The notes: generated by a model from the letters alone, not told the origin. DNA of 64,000 bases from an uncultured Nitrososphaerota archaeon (GCA_963799845.1 CAWCYI010000004.1:1056001-1120000); one strand, 5' to 3'. Shown: positions 18,778 to 29,251, counted from the first letter of the stretch. Numbers and translations are program-made.

Positions 18778-19877
18778 AGATCACCAGAGTGCGCGCATTC
18801 AAAGTCGACCTCCCTCTCCACGAAGGCGCTTACAAGTGGTCGGGCGGAAACTTTGTGAATGTCTTTGATTCGACGGTTGTGGAGATTCAGACCGATGAGG
18901 GGATTTCCGGTTACGGCGAAATTTGTCCCTTGGGTCCGGCTTATCTCCCCGCGTATGCTGCCGGCGCTCGTACAGGAATCGCCGAGCTTTCTCCTAGTTT
19001 GATAGGATTAGATCCGACCGAGCTCGGCGTGATAAACGAGCATATGGACCGGGTGTTGCGAGGTCATCCTTACGTAAAATCCGCCCTCGATATCGCCTGC
19101 TGGGACATACTGGGCAAGGCCAGCATGAAGTCGGTTGCTACTTTACTTGGAGGCAGGTTCGGGAAAGATTTTCCACTTTACCGCGCGATCTCTCAAGATA
19201 CTCCCGCAGCGATGGTGGAGATGGTTTCAAAATACCGACGCGAGGGGTACACAACATTTCAGCTGAAGGTGGGCGGCGTCCCGGATGTTGATGTTGAGAG
19301 AATTAGGGCAATCAGGGAGATCATTCGCGAGGGAGAGGTATTGATCGCGGATGCAAACACCGGCTGGACTCAGCACGACGCGATGCGGGTTGCAGACAAA
19401 ATTCGTGACGTGGATGTTTACCTGGAGCAGCCCTGCCCAAGCTATGAGGAGTGTCTCTCGATCCGTAGGCACACTTCACTGCCCTTTGTACTTGACGAGG
19501 TAATAGACAATGTCTCTATGGTTATCCGTGCCATCTCGGATAGGGCGATGGATGTGGTCAACTTGAAAATTTCAAAGGTTGGAGGGCTCACAAAAGCAAG
19601 GCAGATCCGAGATCTCTGTGTCAGCGAAGGAATCGTCCTGACGATTGAGGACACATGGGGCGGAGACATCGTGACCGCAGCTATCGCGCATCTTGCGCAC
19701 AGCACTCCACCGCGCTATCTCTTTTCCACGACCGACTTTAACAGCTACGTGACTCGTAGCATTGCAGAGAACGCGCCGCATCGCCATGAAGGAAGGATGG
19801 AGGCCCCGACCGAACCGGGACTGGGAGTAAATCCGCGCATGGAGGTTTTGGGTAAACCGATCGTCGATGTGACGTGA
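18774..19877 (+). CDS. cis-3-hydroxy-L-proline dehydratase / hydroxyproline-betaine epimerase-like enolase-superfamily enzyme
   Basis: [33 protein letters not shown] and EDTWGGDI motifs. Confidence 0.85.
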   Translation: MKITRVRAFKVDLPLHEGAYKWSGGNFVNVFDSTVVEIQTDEGISGYGEICPLGPAYLPAYAAGARTGIAELSPSLIGLDPTELGVINEHMDRVLRGHPYVKSALDIACWDILGKASMKSVATLLGGRFGKDFPLYRAISQDTPAAMVEMVSKYRREGYTTFQLKVGGVPDVDVERIRAIREIIREGEVLIADANTGWTQHDAMRVADKIRDVDVYLEQPCPSYEECLSIRRHTSLPFVLDEVIDNVSMVIRAISDRAMDVVNLKISKVGGLTKARQIRDLCVSEGIVLTIEDTWGGDIVTAAIAHLAHSTPPRYLFSTTDFNSYVTRSIAENAPHRHEGRMEAPTEPGLGVNPRMEVLGKPIVDVT

Positions 19878-19894
19878 TGGATGGGGCTTGTGCT

Positions 19895-20365
19895 CTAAAA
19901 ATAATCTGTCATTAACTCTTTGGCCCAGCGCGGTTCCCAAATCGGAGTCAAAGTGATCAATTCGTTGAACCATGGCTTGATATCCAAGACAGGAGTGCCG
20001 TCAATAGCGTCGAGTCCGCGAACTTTCAAACTCATTTCCTTGCGTCCGACCAGTTCGCAAATCGACACCCCGATCCTGTTCGGCCTGTTTTTTGCCCTCT
20101 GCGCAAGAATTCCGACTTCAGGCCAGGCAGGATTATCGCGCGGCCGCCTTTTGCCATAGGAGATCGAATCCTCATCCATCCTGTGAAACACATAGACGAC
20201 CTCCACATGGCTGAATTCTACGATTCCGTCGAGTGCGCTAGATTCTAAATTTGAATTCAACTCAATGGTTGATTCGATTTCTCCCCAGCTATCGTCGATA
20301 GGCTCCTTTCTGGGAGACCTCACCGTCCCGATCGTTTTTACGATCCACGATCCATCGTTCGACAT
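19895..20365 (-). CDS. TsaA/TrmO-like SAM-binding protein (single domain)
   Basis: RAKNRPNRIG and GLDAIDGTPVLDIKP motifs. Confidence 0.85.
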   Translation of the reverse strand: MSNDGSWIVKTIGTVRSPRKEPIDDSWGEIESTIELNSNLESSALDGIVEFSHVEVVYVFHRMDEDSISYGKRRPRDNPAWPEVGILAQRAKNRPNRIGVSICELVGRKEMSLKVRGLDAIDGTPVLDIKPWFNELITLTPIWEPRWAKELMTDYF

Positions 20366-20481
20366 TAGATTTGACCTACGATACGGATGAGAAACAATTC
20401 AGGCACTATTATCAAATTTCTTGAGTTCTGTCGTATTGATTGATCCGATAAAGCATAATAGAATCATAACCTCGCTGTCTT

Positions 20482-20973
20482 ATGAGTCCCATGATACGCT
20501 GGCCAGATAACTACAAGCCCGAGAGTACGGGCGTTCACGTCCGAAACGAACTGGAAATGCCCGTTGCTCCCGAGCTGGTCTGGGCGTGGCTCATTCGAGC
20601 AAAGCTATAGCCGACTTGGTACTCGAACTCATCGAACGTTGTGATCGAAGGCGGAGGACCTGACCTTCAGGCGGGAACGAAATTCAAATGGACGACATTC
20701 GGCGTCAGATTGGACTCCCGAGTCGAAGAATTTGTTTCATTCGAACGGCTCGCGTGGAGCGCTAGGGGAACCGGAGTGGACGCATATCATGCGTGGTTGA
20801 TCGAAAAGAGGCCGACCGGTTGTTATGTTTTGACGGAGGAAAATCAAAATGGTTTACTTGCAAAATTGAGCAACGCGCTCAGGCCCCAGAATATGAGTCG
20901 ACAACATCAGAACTGGCTGGAAGGACTGCTCAGGAAAGCGAGAGAAGGTCCCCCGCCTAAATCAAGCTCGTAA
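20482..20973 (+). pseudogene. SRPBCC/polyketide cyclase-like protein with in-frame TAG (20608-20610)
   Basis: MSPMIRWP...VWAWLIRAKL*PTWYSNS continues in frame into ORF 20641-20973; the stop sits where W is expected (WPxW). Confidence 0.75.
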
Positions 20974-21004
20974 TAACATGGTGTTCATTATCTGCAGTTG
21001 CTCA

Positions 21005-22375
21005 TTACTTCATTGCACGAAGTCCATTAACGATCAGGAACTTTCCGATCCAGAACGATCTGAGCACGGCTAGAAATTGGATGGGTGAAGTCCATATCGG
21101 ACCAAATTGCGCAACGGCCGGCAGATTTATCCCCAGAAAGGCAAGCGCGGCAGAAAAACCCCATATTATCACCAACGCGTTTACGATTTCAAATATGAGA
21201 AACTCTGGATAATACTTTGTCATTCCCGGAAGCAAAACGAAGAATGGCAGGAGCATGAGATTCATCTGCGGAGTGCAAATATAACTGGAAAATAAAAACG
21301 CGAACATGAAGAAAGAGCTCGTTGTTACGACGAGTATTGCCCGATCGAGGGGCGTTACCACGTACTTCTTCATCTTTAAGCCCTTGTACACAATCAATGC
21401 GGTCAGCGCAGCGAACAGACCGGGAAAAATATAGTGGCGTAACGGACTAGTGTTAGTGAGAAATGCGAGCATCCATGATCCTTCCGTGTACCAATTCTGC
21501 TCGTAATGCAGGAAATCCGTTATGAAGTTGATATTTGGAAATTCGAATGGATACTGTACGATGACGTGCTCGGCGTTCATGTAGGAATGCGGAAACGAAT
21601 TGAGAGCTGTCAGCGGCAGGTAAACAGCCAAAAGAGCTGAAGTCATCCCAGAAACAAACCGAGCTCTCTCCCTCCAACGGTTCGCTCCAAAAGTCAAAAT
21701 TCCAAGGGCAGGCACAGCCGTGACCAAGTTCGAAGCCGCGGACAATCCGAAAAGAAGCCCGCTCCAAAACCAGCTGTTTCTGCCGCCTTCAAGGAACTTG
21801 CGCAGCCCAAATACCGCGAAGAAGACGCCTAATATGTACCAGTTCAGGAGAAGCATGAAGACAAAACTGGGAGTCGCAACGAGATAGACCAGGGCGCGCC
21901 TATTTCTCTGCCAGATTCTAAGAAGCTCACTGATCTTGACGAGGTTGTAAATCAAGAGGAGCGTCGGAGCAAGCAGAAATATGGAAGTGTAAGAATAGTA
22001 ACTGCCGAGCAAATCGCTGGCTGGAAGCGGGAAGATATGTCCAAGCATCCCCATCGCGTACATGAAAAAACCTGTAATCACAGGATACTCAACAAAATAG
22101 TTTACGTACGGAAGACCCGTCCCGCACGAGTCGGAGTAACAGAACCTGTTTTGGTAGACACTCACAATGTCGCTGTATATGTGGCCACCCGAGAAAGGAA
22201 GGTGTTCCCATACTCCCAACAGATAAAAGAGGCAGGCTATGACATAGAGCCATGTCTCGCCGCGAGCATAACTTGCTCGGATGACTTTCGTAATCTGTTG
22301 ATGAATCTGCAATTCAGAAAGATGACTGCTTGGATTGTTTAACGACGAACGTTTCGGTTCGAACTCTCTCCTCAA
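21005..22375 (-). CDS. GT-C fold membrane glycosyltransferase (GT87-like)
   Basis: YSDI...EYPVITG and TPQM motifs; about 11 TM helices. Confidence 0.7.
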   Translation of the reverse strand: MRREFEPKRSSLNNPSSHLSELQIHQQITKVIRASYARGETWLYVIACLFYLLGVWEHLPFSGGHIYSDIVSVYQNRFCYSDSCGTGLPYVNYFVEYPVITGFFMYAMGMLGHIFPLPASDLLGSYYSYTSIFLLAPTLLLIYNLVKISELLRIWQRNRRALVYLVATPSFVFMLLLNWYILGVFFAVFGLRKFLEGGRNSWFWSGLLFGLSAASNLVTAVPALGILTFGANRWRERARFVSGMTSALLAVYLPLTALNSFPHSYMNAEHVIVQYPFEFPNINFITDFLHYEQNWYTEGSWMLAFLTNTSPLRHYIFPGLFAALTALIVYKGLKMKKYVVTPLDRAILVVTTSSFFMFAFLFSSYICTPQMNLMLLPFFVLLPGMTKYYPEFLIFEIVNALVIIWGFSAALAFLGINLPAVAQFGPIWTSPIQFLAVLRSFWIGKFLIVNGLRAMK

Positions 22376-22707
22376 ATTGAACCCTGCGTTTTACTTGAGC
22401 TTAGAGAATTCGTGTCCGATTCTGTCTGGCGATCAGAACACGGTTCAGATTGCATTGCTTTCAAATGCTGGAATGTGTGCGAGAAATTCTCCCATATTAT
22501 TTGAGACTAGGCATCAGATCTGATGTTCTCGCGCTCAGAACAGGTAACAATAGATAAATTCGATCGAATGGTTCAGGAGTTTTAGAGCAGAAACGAACGG
22601 GATGAAGCTGTTAAAGAAAATATTGTTGTAGTTGTAATCTTGATTCTAGCAGGGATGATGTTATTGGGATTCCATTATTAGTTTGCGCAAATTCTTCGGT
22701 GTCCGGA

Positions 22708-22749
22708 TCAGGAAGTTGGAGACGACCCTTTGTCGCCCCCAGTTCCCGA
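22708..22749 (-). terminator. Long 3'-UTR hairpin of the 22775-23035 gene
   Basis: Minus strand TCGGGAA-c-TGGGGGCGAC-aaagg-GTCGTCTCCA-ac-TTCCTGA: 17 pairs, three of them G-U. Confidence 0.55.
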
Positions 22750-22774
22750 ACGATGCGTCGCTAACAGGACCCAG

Positions 22775-23035
22775 TCATCCTGTTGTCGTAGTCGAACTGC
22801 TTGATCCGCCGGAGTAAGATCCCATGTTTGGGCAATGACTGCTGCTAGATGTTCCAGATGACGTCGAGCCGCTTGCCGTTGACGTGGTCGTCGAAGTGGT
22901 TGTCGCTGCGAATGAGGCGAAGCCGAACGCGACTAGAGCGCCTACTGCGAAGATTGCGAGGACTGCGATGAGCAACAGGGATCGTTTGCTGGGGAACGAA
23001 CGAATACTCGGCTGTGGAGTTGTTCCAAATTCCAT
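22775..23035 (-). CDS. Small secreted/anchored Ser/Thr-rich protein with HCPNM motif
   Basis: SD GGAGGTGA (23052-23045); N-terminal TM helix; S/T linker; SHCPNMG. Confidence 0.75.
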   Translation of the reverse strand: MEFGTTPQPSIRSFPSKRSLLLIAVLAIFAVGALVAFGFASFAATTTSTTTSTASGSTSSGTSSSSHCPNMGSYSGGSSSSTTTTG

Positions 23036-23090
23036 TTTCTTGATTCACCTCCGACAATATCGTGAATAAGGTTGCGTCTCTAATATCGAA

Positions 23091-23239
23091 TTTCCGAGAA
23101 CTGTCCATAATCTATAGCTAATCAAACTAGAATTCAGTCATATCTCAATACGAGCGTCGAAGTTAAGCGGTACATCGTTTCTTGAATCCGTGGAGCATTA
23201 GAGAATGATTTCGTAACGATTTGGGAATCTTCTCGGAAA
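23091..23239. promoter_or_regulatory. Divergent promoter pair sharing TTCTCGGAAA
   Basis: TTTCCGAGAA (23091-23100) and TTCTCGGAAA (23230-23239) are exact reverse complements, each just upstream of an AT-rich box. Confidence 0.55.
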
Positions 23240-23282
23240 GAGGATAATATTCTCGAAGACGAATAGGTGATCGAATTTCAAG

Positions 23283-24464
23283 ATGTTGAACCAGAAATCT
23301 GTCTATTCAAGACGTGGCCTCATACCCGCGCTAGCAGCGATAGCGGTAGTAGCCATCGTCGGTCTTCTGGCGTCGTTTCTTGTTATAGGCAATGCAGCTC
23401 AAACAGTGACGACGACTCAGGTGACCACAGTTCCGACAACAATCACAACCGATCCAGCAGTCAATTCATCTAGCCAACTGAACTCAGAGCAGATCTATGC
23501 AAATGCCAATCGAAGCATCGTGACGATCCAGGGTACTCAGGTCCAGAATTCTTTCTACGGCAACCAAGTCGCAAGTATTCTCGGTTCCGGATTCGTCGTG
23601 AGTTACTCCGGTGCAAACTACATAGTAACCAACTATCACGTAGCGGGCACAACCTCGAATCTCACCGTAACATTCTCCAACGGGGACTCGTATCCCGCAA
23701 AAGTCGTCGGATCAGACCCCTATTCTGACCTTGCTATAGTCTCGGTTCAGGCTCCAAGCAGCGAATTTTACCCACTGACACTCGCAGCCTCTTCCTCGCT
23801 CAGAGTCGGAGATTCAGTTGTAGCGATTGGCGATCCTTACGGCTTGACAGGTTCAATGACCGAGGGAATCGTAAGCCAGCTTGGCAGGACAATCCAAGAT
23901 GAGACGGCCGGGAACTTCTCCATCGCCAACGTAATCCAAACCAGCGCCCCGATAAATCCAGGAAACTCCGGTGGACCTCTATTGGATGTGAACGGAGATG
24001 TCGTGGGAATAACCACGGCGGGCATAACGAGTTCGCAGGGTCTCGGCTTTGCGATTCCGTCCGACACGATAATCGGGGAGCTGCCATCTCTAATAGCAAA
24101 CGGCTCATACAACCTCCACTCATACCTCGGGATTTCCGAGACCGACATGAATTACCAACTCTCTCAAGCGACGGGAGCAAACGTAACGTACGGCGTATTG
24201 ATCGAGAACGTAGTCCAGGGCGGACCGGCGGCAACAGCAGGACTGCAATCGGGTACCCAAACAGTCGTGATCGAAGGTCAGCAGTATCTCATAGGGGGAG
24301 ACATCATCATTTCCATAAACGGCACGCGGATCATCGATTCGGACTCGCTGGGCACTTACCTTGCGGCACACACGGTGGCGGGTCAGACTGTATCACTCGG
24401 AATCGTAAGAGCGGACAAATACATGACGGTAACCGTAACTCTGGGAGCTAGACCCTCCCTCTGA
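23283..24464 (+). CDS. htrA: HtrA/DegP-type serine protease with PDZ domain
   Basis: TNYHV, DLAIV and INPGNSGGPL triad; GGDIII PDZ; N-terminal anchor. Confidence 0.93.
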   Translation: MLNQKSVYSRRGLIPALAAIAVVAIVGLLASFLVIGNAAQTVTTTQVTTVPTTITTDPAVNSSSQLNSEQIYANANRSIVTIQGTQVQNSFYGNQVASILGSGFVVSYSGANYIVTNYHVAGTTSNLTVTFSNGDSYPAKVVGSDPYSDLAIVSVQAPSSEFYPLTLAASSSLRVGDSVVAIGDPYGLTGSMTEGIVSQLGRTIQDETAGNFSIANVIQTSAPINPGNSGGPLLDVNGDVVGITTAGITSSQGLGFAIPSDTIIGELPSLIANGSYNLHSYLGISETDMNYQLSQATGANVTYGVLIENVVQGGPAATAGLQSGTQTVVIEGQQYLIGGDIIISINGTRIIDSDSLGTYLAAHTVAGQTVSLGIVRADKYMTVTVTLGARPSL

Positions 24465-24562
24465 CCCCCTTTTTGATTCTCCGAATTCGTTTCAAAACGA
24501 GAACAAGAATATCCGAGTGATTTATTAGAAAGAGATTCGAATTAAATTGGCTTGGGAAAAGA

Positions 24563-24811
24563 ATGAAAGTCAAGAATAATCCAAAATTCGTCATCCTGCT
24601 TCTTGCGTTAGTTTTCGGTGCCTTGCTTGCGATTGCACTTTATTCTCCAGCATACATTACGGCCGGGCCATCACAAAATTCCGCTGTTTTGACTGTTATT
24701 CCAGTGAGCTTTATCCATTCCAACAACCCATCTAACACGGTTCATACTATTCCCTCCGAAAACTATACCGGGCTGTTCTACGTCCAGCATGTTTGCACCT
24801 ATCATGAGTAG
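24563..24811 (+). CDS. Short hypothetical exported protein (possibly truncated)
   Basis: N-terminal hydrophobic segment only. Confidence 0.45.
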   Translation: MKVKNNPKFVILLLALVFGALLAIALYSPAYITAGPSQNSAVLTVIPVSFIHSNNPSNTVHTIPSENYTGLFYVQHVCTYHE

Positions 24812-24950
24812 ATTTGCTGAGTGATAGGAATCATCTCCAGCGGCTTTCAGTCCAAGCTACAGAAAACCTGAGCACTAAGCGAAACCCTGCGACGGCTTGT
24901 TAATCTAATAACAAGAATTAACGAGTCCTCTGACGAGCAAAAGTTCCTTC

Positions 24951-26108
24951 ATGGCTACAAGATTAGCTGTAGTGAAAGTCGGTACTAGCTCCATCACTAC
25001 AGCTGAAGGAAAACTGGACGAAGGAGAAATGCACAGACTGACCGATCAAATATCAGCAGTAGTAAGGGGGACTGACAGAATAGTCCTTGTGACGTCTGGT
25101 GCAGTCGCTGCTGGTATCGCCGAATTAGGCATAGCTCAAAAACCAAGTCATGACATTGTCTTTAGGCAAGCCGCTGCCGCGACAGGGCAAAGCGTCTTGA
25201 TGGCAAAATACCGCGAGCTGTTCAAGTCTCACGGGGTCAAAGTCGCCCAGATTTTGCTCACCGCTGAAGATCTGTCCAACAGAGGATCTTACCTCCACAC
25301 CTGCAATGTCTTGAAAATGCTACTAAAGATGGGATTGGTACCGATCATAAACGAGAACGATGTGACCTCAGTCGACGAACTGTTGCCCCTTGCTGAAGGA
25401 TTGAAGGTGAATTTCAGCGATAACGACATCCTATCAGCTCTTGTAGCCAACGCAATAAGTGCTGACATACTCATAATATTGTCCGATGTAGACGGCTTGT
25501 TTACAGCCGACCCAAGGAATCCAGAAGCGGTCATAATCAGAAATGTGGAAAATATAGCGATTGAGCTCAAGAATGCTTCCATTGGCGGAAAAAGCAGGAC
25601 AGGCAGGGGAGGAATGCAAAGCAAGATAAAAGCGGCTGAAATCGCAACCAAAAGCGGTATTCCAGTTGTAATTGCCAACAGCCGAAGGGAAGACGTAATC
25701 CCCGATATTCTTGCAGGAAAAGAAGATGTAGGCACCTATTTCAAGCCGCAAAGCAGAATGCCCTTAGTGAAAAGATGGATAGCTTTCGGCGCCTCAGTAA
25801 AGGGCGAGATCCACGTAAACGAAGGGGCTAAGAGAGCTATACTGGCAGGCTCGAGCCTTCTGGCCGTAGGAGTCACCAAGATAACAGGTCATTTCGATGT
25901 TGGAGATGTAGTCTCCATTGTAGATTCTGACAATTCAGAATTTGCAAAAGGCAATCCAAATTTTAACAGTGACGAGATAAACACGATAAAGGGATTGCAA
26001 GTATTGGAGATAAAGAAAAAATTACCCAATTCTCGATCAAAAGAAGTCGTGGCACGAAAAAAGATACATCTGATAACCAGAGAAAGAGAAGAAAAGCAAC
26101 TTTGTTAA
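24951..26108 (+). CDS. proB: Glutamate 5-kinase with PUA domain
   Basis: VVKVGTS, VTSGAVAAG, NEND, DND, GGMQSK motifs; PUA domain SLLAVGV. Confidence 0.96.
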   Translation: MATRLAVVKVGTSSITTAEGKLDEGEMHRLTDQISAVVRGTDRIVLVTSGAVAAGIAELGIAQKPSHDIVFRQAAAATGQSVLMAKYRELFKSHGVKVAQILLTAEDLSNRGSYLHTCNVLKMLLKMGLVPIINENDVTSVDELLPLAEGLKVNFSDNDILSALVANAISADILIILSDVDGLFTADPRNPEAVIIRNVENIAIELKNASIGGKSRTGRGGMQSKIKAAEIATKSGIPVVIANSRREDVIPDILAGKEDVGTYFKPQSRMPLVKRWIAFGASVKGEIHVNEGAKRAILAGSSLLAVGVTKITGHFDVGDVVSIVDSDNSEFAKGNPNFNSDEINTIKGLQVLEIKKKLPNSRSKEVVARKKIHLITREREEKQLC

Positions 26109-27343
26109 TAGAGACAGGTAAAAGGGCGAAGGCAGCCTCGGTGGAGCTAGCCAAACTTTCCGCTGAAAAAAAGAATAGAGCACTCCAGAAAATGGCGCTG
26201 GCGCTTGAAAACAACGTGGAGGCAATACTCTCGGCCAATCGGAAAGATGTTGAGAGCGCGAAAATCAGAGGATTGAAGCCCGCTCTTCTGGACAGATTGG
26301 CCTTAGACGAGCGCAAGATCAAGAACATGGCGAAATGTCTGAGGGAGGTCGCTGAATTGCCCGATCCGGTCGGTGTCATTTTGAGCACTTGGACAAGGCC
26401 CAACGGTCTCTTGATTGGGCAACTCCGCGTTCCCCTCGGTGTAGTGGGAGTTATCTATGAGTCTCGTCCGGACGTCACCTCCGATGCTGCTGGAATATGT
26501 TTGAAATCAGGCAACGCTGTCATTCTCAGAGGTGGGTCAGACGCACTAAACTCAAACACGGCAATAGGTGGAGTGCTGAAAGAAGCTCTCGCGGACGAAG
26601 TTCCCAGTGATTCCATCCAGGTAATAAGCTCAACCGAAAGAAGTGTAGCTGAAGAGCTTATGCGAATGAGAGAGTATGTCGATGTTCTGATCCCGCGTGG
26701 AGGGGCTGATCTCATAAAGACGGTAGTGGAAAAAGCCTCTGTTCCCGTAATCGAGACAGGGACTGGAAATTGCCACATCTACGTTGAAGAAGACGCTGAT
26801 CTCGAGAAGGCAGTCCGTATCATTATCAACGCAAAGTGCCAGAGACCCGGGACCTGCAACTCAGCAGAGAAACTTCTTGTCCATAGCAACATAGCTAGTA
26901 AATTTCTGCCGCTTGTTGTTAGTGCGCTCAGGGCGGAGGGAGTCGAAGTCAGAGCAGATGAGCAAACAGCCAAGATCGTTTCTACAGGAGTGAAGCTAGC
27001 CACGGAGGAAGACTGGGGCACCGAATACTTGGACCTAATCATGGGTGTCAAAGTTGTAAAGGATATGGACGAGGCGATATCCCACATAAACAAATACGGT
27101 TCGAAAAACTCTGAATCCATACTAACATTGGATTTCGACAAGGCTCAACGTTTCATCAGAGAAGTTGACTCTGCAGCAATCTACTGGAACGCCTCCACTC
27201 GCTTCACAGATGGTAACCAATTCGGGTTGGGAGCGGAAATAGGCATTAGCACGCAGAAAATTCATGCTCGGGGACCAATGAGCGTGCAACACTTGACAAC
27301 CACGAAATATTTCATTCTAGGAAGCGGCCAAACAAGGGTTTAG
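26102..27343 (+). CDS. proA: Gamma-glutamyl phosphate reductase
   Basis: IYESRP, IPRGG, GNCH and GAEIGISTQKIHARGPM motifs. Confidence 0.96.
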   Translation: MLIETGKRAKAASVELAKLSAEKKNRALQKMALALENNVEAILSANRKDVESAKIRGLKPALLDRLALDERKIKNMAKCLREVAELPDPVGVILSTWTRPNGLLIGQLRVPLGVVGVIYESRPDVTSDAAGICLKSGNAVILRGGSDALNSNTAIGGVLKEALADEVPSDSIQVISSTERSVAEELMRMREYVDVLIPRGGADLIKTVVEKASVPVIETGTGNCHIYVEEDADLEKAVRIIINAKCQRPGTCNSAEKLLVHSNIASKFLPLVVSALRAEGVEVRADEQTAKIVSTGVKLATEEDWGTEYLDLIMGVKVVKDMDEAISHINKYGSKNSESILTLDFDKAQRFIREVDSAAIYWNASTRFTDGNQFGLGAEIGISTQKIHARGPMSVQHLTTTKYFILGSGQTRV

Positions 27344-27427
27344 ACTTTGTAATCGTAGTAGATCATTCATTCCGAGCGAGAATTTACGTAAAACATTAAC
27401 TATTGCGCACGATCAAGTCGATTATCG

Positions 27428-27907
27428 ATGGCATACTCACTTCGTTACAAGTTCAGCCAAGAGTTCAGAGTTCCGGCGCGCGAGGCGTTCGAGTGGTGCA
27501 CGAGCTACGACCCGAACGACCTGACTTTAATGGGAGAGGTGGGAACAAGATCAATCGATATTATTTCAGAAACAACGCTGATTTTGAATGATACCTACAG
27601 GGATGGAAAAACAATCAACGAGAGAAAAAGATTGGTGCAACTCTATCCGGCCGACCTGTTTTGGGTATCAACTCACCTGATAGGCCCCACAAAGTATTCC
27701 CAGTTTCTGTACAAGATTTCTCCGGAATCTGAATCTAGCTCTCGGCTTGACTTTACCGGTCTGCAAGTCGAGTACGGATCCGAGAAGATAACGAAAAGAA
27801 GCTTATCCATAAGAGCTGAAAAATTAAGGAAACTCGATTCGGGAGCGTGGAAGAAGCTCGCCGAAGAAATGGAACGTGACTGGAAGAAGAAACTTTCGAA
27901 GAATTGA
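27428..27907 (+). CDS. Hypothetical protein (possible SRPBCC-like fold)
   Basis: ATG ORF of 159 aa with protein-like composition. Confidence 0.7.
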   Translation: MAYSLRYKFSQEFRVPAREAFEWCTSYDPNDLTLMGEVGTRSIDIISETTLILNDTYRDGKTINERKRLVQLYPADLFWVSTHLIGPTKYSQFLYKISPESESSSRLDFTGLQVEYGSEKITKRSLSIRAEKLRKLDSGAWKKLAEEMERDWKKKLSKN

Positions 27908-27933
27908 TTTAGGGAAAAAATGTAGAAAACATC

Positions 27934-27982
27934 CAACTAGCTCACCTGCGATTGGAAAAAAATACGACAGGTGAGTTAGTTG
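27934..27982. other. 15-bp stem hairpin in the intergenic region
   Basis: CAACTAGCTCACCTG / CAGGTGAGTTAGTTG (one G-T); flanked by T-tracts on both strands. Confidence 0.7.
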
Positions 27983-28004
27983 AGCGAAGCTAAGCTTCTG
28001 CTTG

Positions 28005-28037
28005 TTACTTCTTCTTCTTTGTTTTCTTAGCTGGCAA
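28005..28037 (-). CDS. Candidate 10-aa basic peptide MPAKKTKKKK
   Basis: TTG CCA GCT AAG AAA ACA AAG AAG AAG AAG TAA; TATA-like CTTAAGTA about 30-40 bp upstream; hairpins and T-tract downstream. Confidence 0.4.
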   Translation of the reverse strand: MPAKKTKKKK

Positions 28038-28303
28038 AGGTACTTGCAAAAGTGCTAATCGATCTACTTACTTAAGTATCTTGCGTTTTTTGACATTTTT
28101 TCGAAATCTCGATCGAAATCCGCGAAAACCGGGGGATTCTTGTGAATTTAGGGCAGTTGGAGGTCATCCGAAGCGGTTAATTTGATTTTGCGGGAAAGTA
28201 AACTTCACTCGATTTCTCAAAATAGTTTCCTCGGGATTCCGCCGCTTACAGCTAATCTTTTCTGTATTGAAAACTGGGTTGTCTCGGGATTAGGATGATG
28301 TAA

Positions 28304-29092
28304 TTGACCGATCCGGTCGTGGAATTCTCGCATGTCAGCGTTGACATTCAGGGCAACAAGGCTCTCTCCGATGTCAGTTTCAGGATAAATCCGGGCGAAA
28401 AATGGGCGATCGTCGGCCCGAACGGGTCAGGCAAGACGACGCTTCTCAAGATTGTCAATGGATACCTCCGTCCGTCGGCGGGGGAAGTTTCCGTCTTGGG
28501 AGGCAAGTTCGGCGAGACAAGCTTGCCGGAAATCAGGAAAAGATCAGGTTTCGTCAGCTCGTACCTCGATAATCTGTTGGAATCGGACGACAACACTCTG
28601 GACGTTGTCGTGAGCGGCATGTACGGTGCAACGAGACTGTGGGGAGTCCCCCCGAAGGAAGACGTGAAGAGGGCGCGAGAGATATTGAGAGAGCTGGGGT
28701 GCGCGAGGTTCGAAGACAGGAGGCTGCGGGAACTCTCCCAGGGGGAACGGCAGAAAATCCTGATTGGAAGAGCTTTGATGCCTGATCCGGGGCTGCTCAC
28801 TTTCGACGAGCCCTGCGCTTCTCTAGATCTGGGCGCTAGGGAGTCTTTTCTGAAGGGGATAGAAGCCATCGCGAAGGACCGGAAAAGAGCCGCGCTGGCG
28901 ATGATTTACGTGACACACCGGATAGACGAGATTCCTGATTGTTTTACGAACGCGATCTTGATGAAGAAGGGAAAACCGATGGCGGTCGGAAAGATCAGAA
29001 GAATAATCATCGGAAAGAACCTTAGCGATTGTTTTGACGTTAAGGTGGAAGTCAAACGCTGGCGGGGTAGACTCTACCCGGTCGTGGTCTGA
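28304..29092 (+). CDS. ABC transporter ATP-binding protein (YlmA/ModF-like, orphan)
   Basis: GPNGSGKT, LSQGE, DEP and VTH motifs. Confidence 0.9.
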   Translation: MTDPVVEFSHVSVDIQGNKALSDVSFRINPGEKWAIVGPNGSGKTTLLKIVNGYLRPSAGEVSVLGGKFGETSLPEIRKRSGFVSSYLDNLLESDDNTLDVVVSGMYGATRLWGVPPKEDVKRAREILRELGCARFEDRRLRELSQGERQKILIGRALMPDPGLLTFDEPCASLDLGARESFLKGIEAIAKDRKRAALAMIYVTHRIDEIPDCFTNAILMKKGKPMAVGKIRRIIIGKNLSDCFDVKVEVKRWRGRLYPVVV

Positions 29093-29251
29093 GGCTCCCG
29101 CCCTTCGAGGATTTGCTTGCCGATTCCCAGAATAGAGCACGGTCGGGTTTAGCAAACCGTCAAAAGATCACCCGAATTTTTCTGGAAGAGGAACAAAAAA
29201 CCTAACTTTCTTCGGTTCGCTAGTTTTGGATAACCGACACTGTGAAACAAG

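Noticed and set aside
26090-26110. proB-proA fusion broken by a frameshift
   Set aside because: A short overlap with a TTG start gives a full-length ProA; ordinary translational coupling is sufficient.
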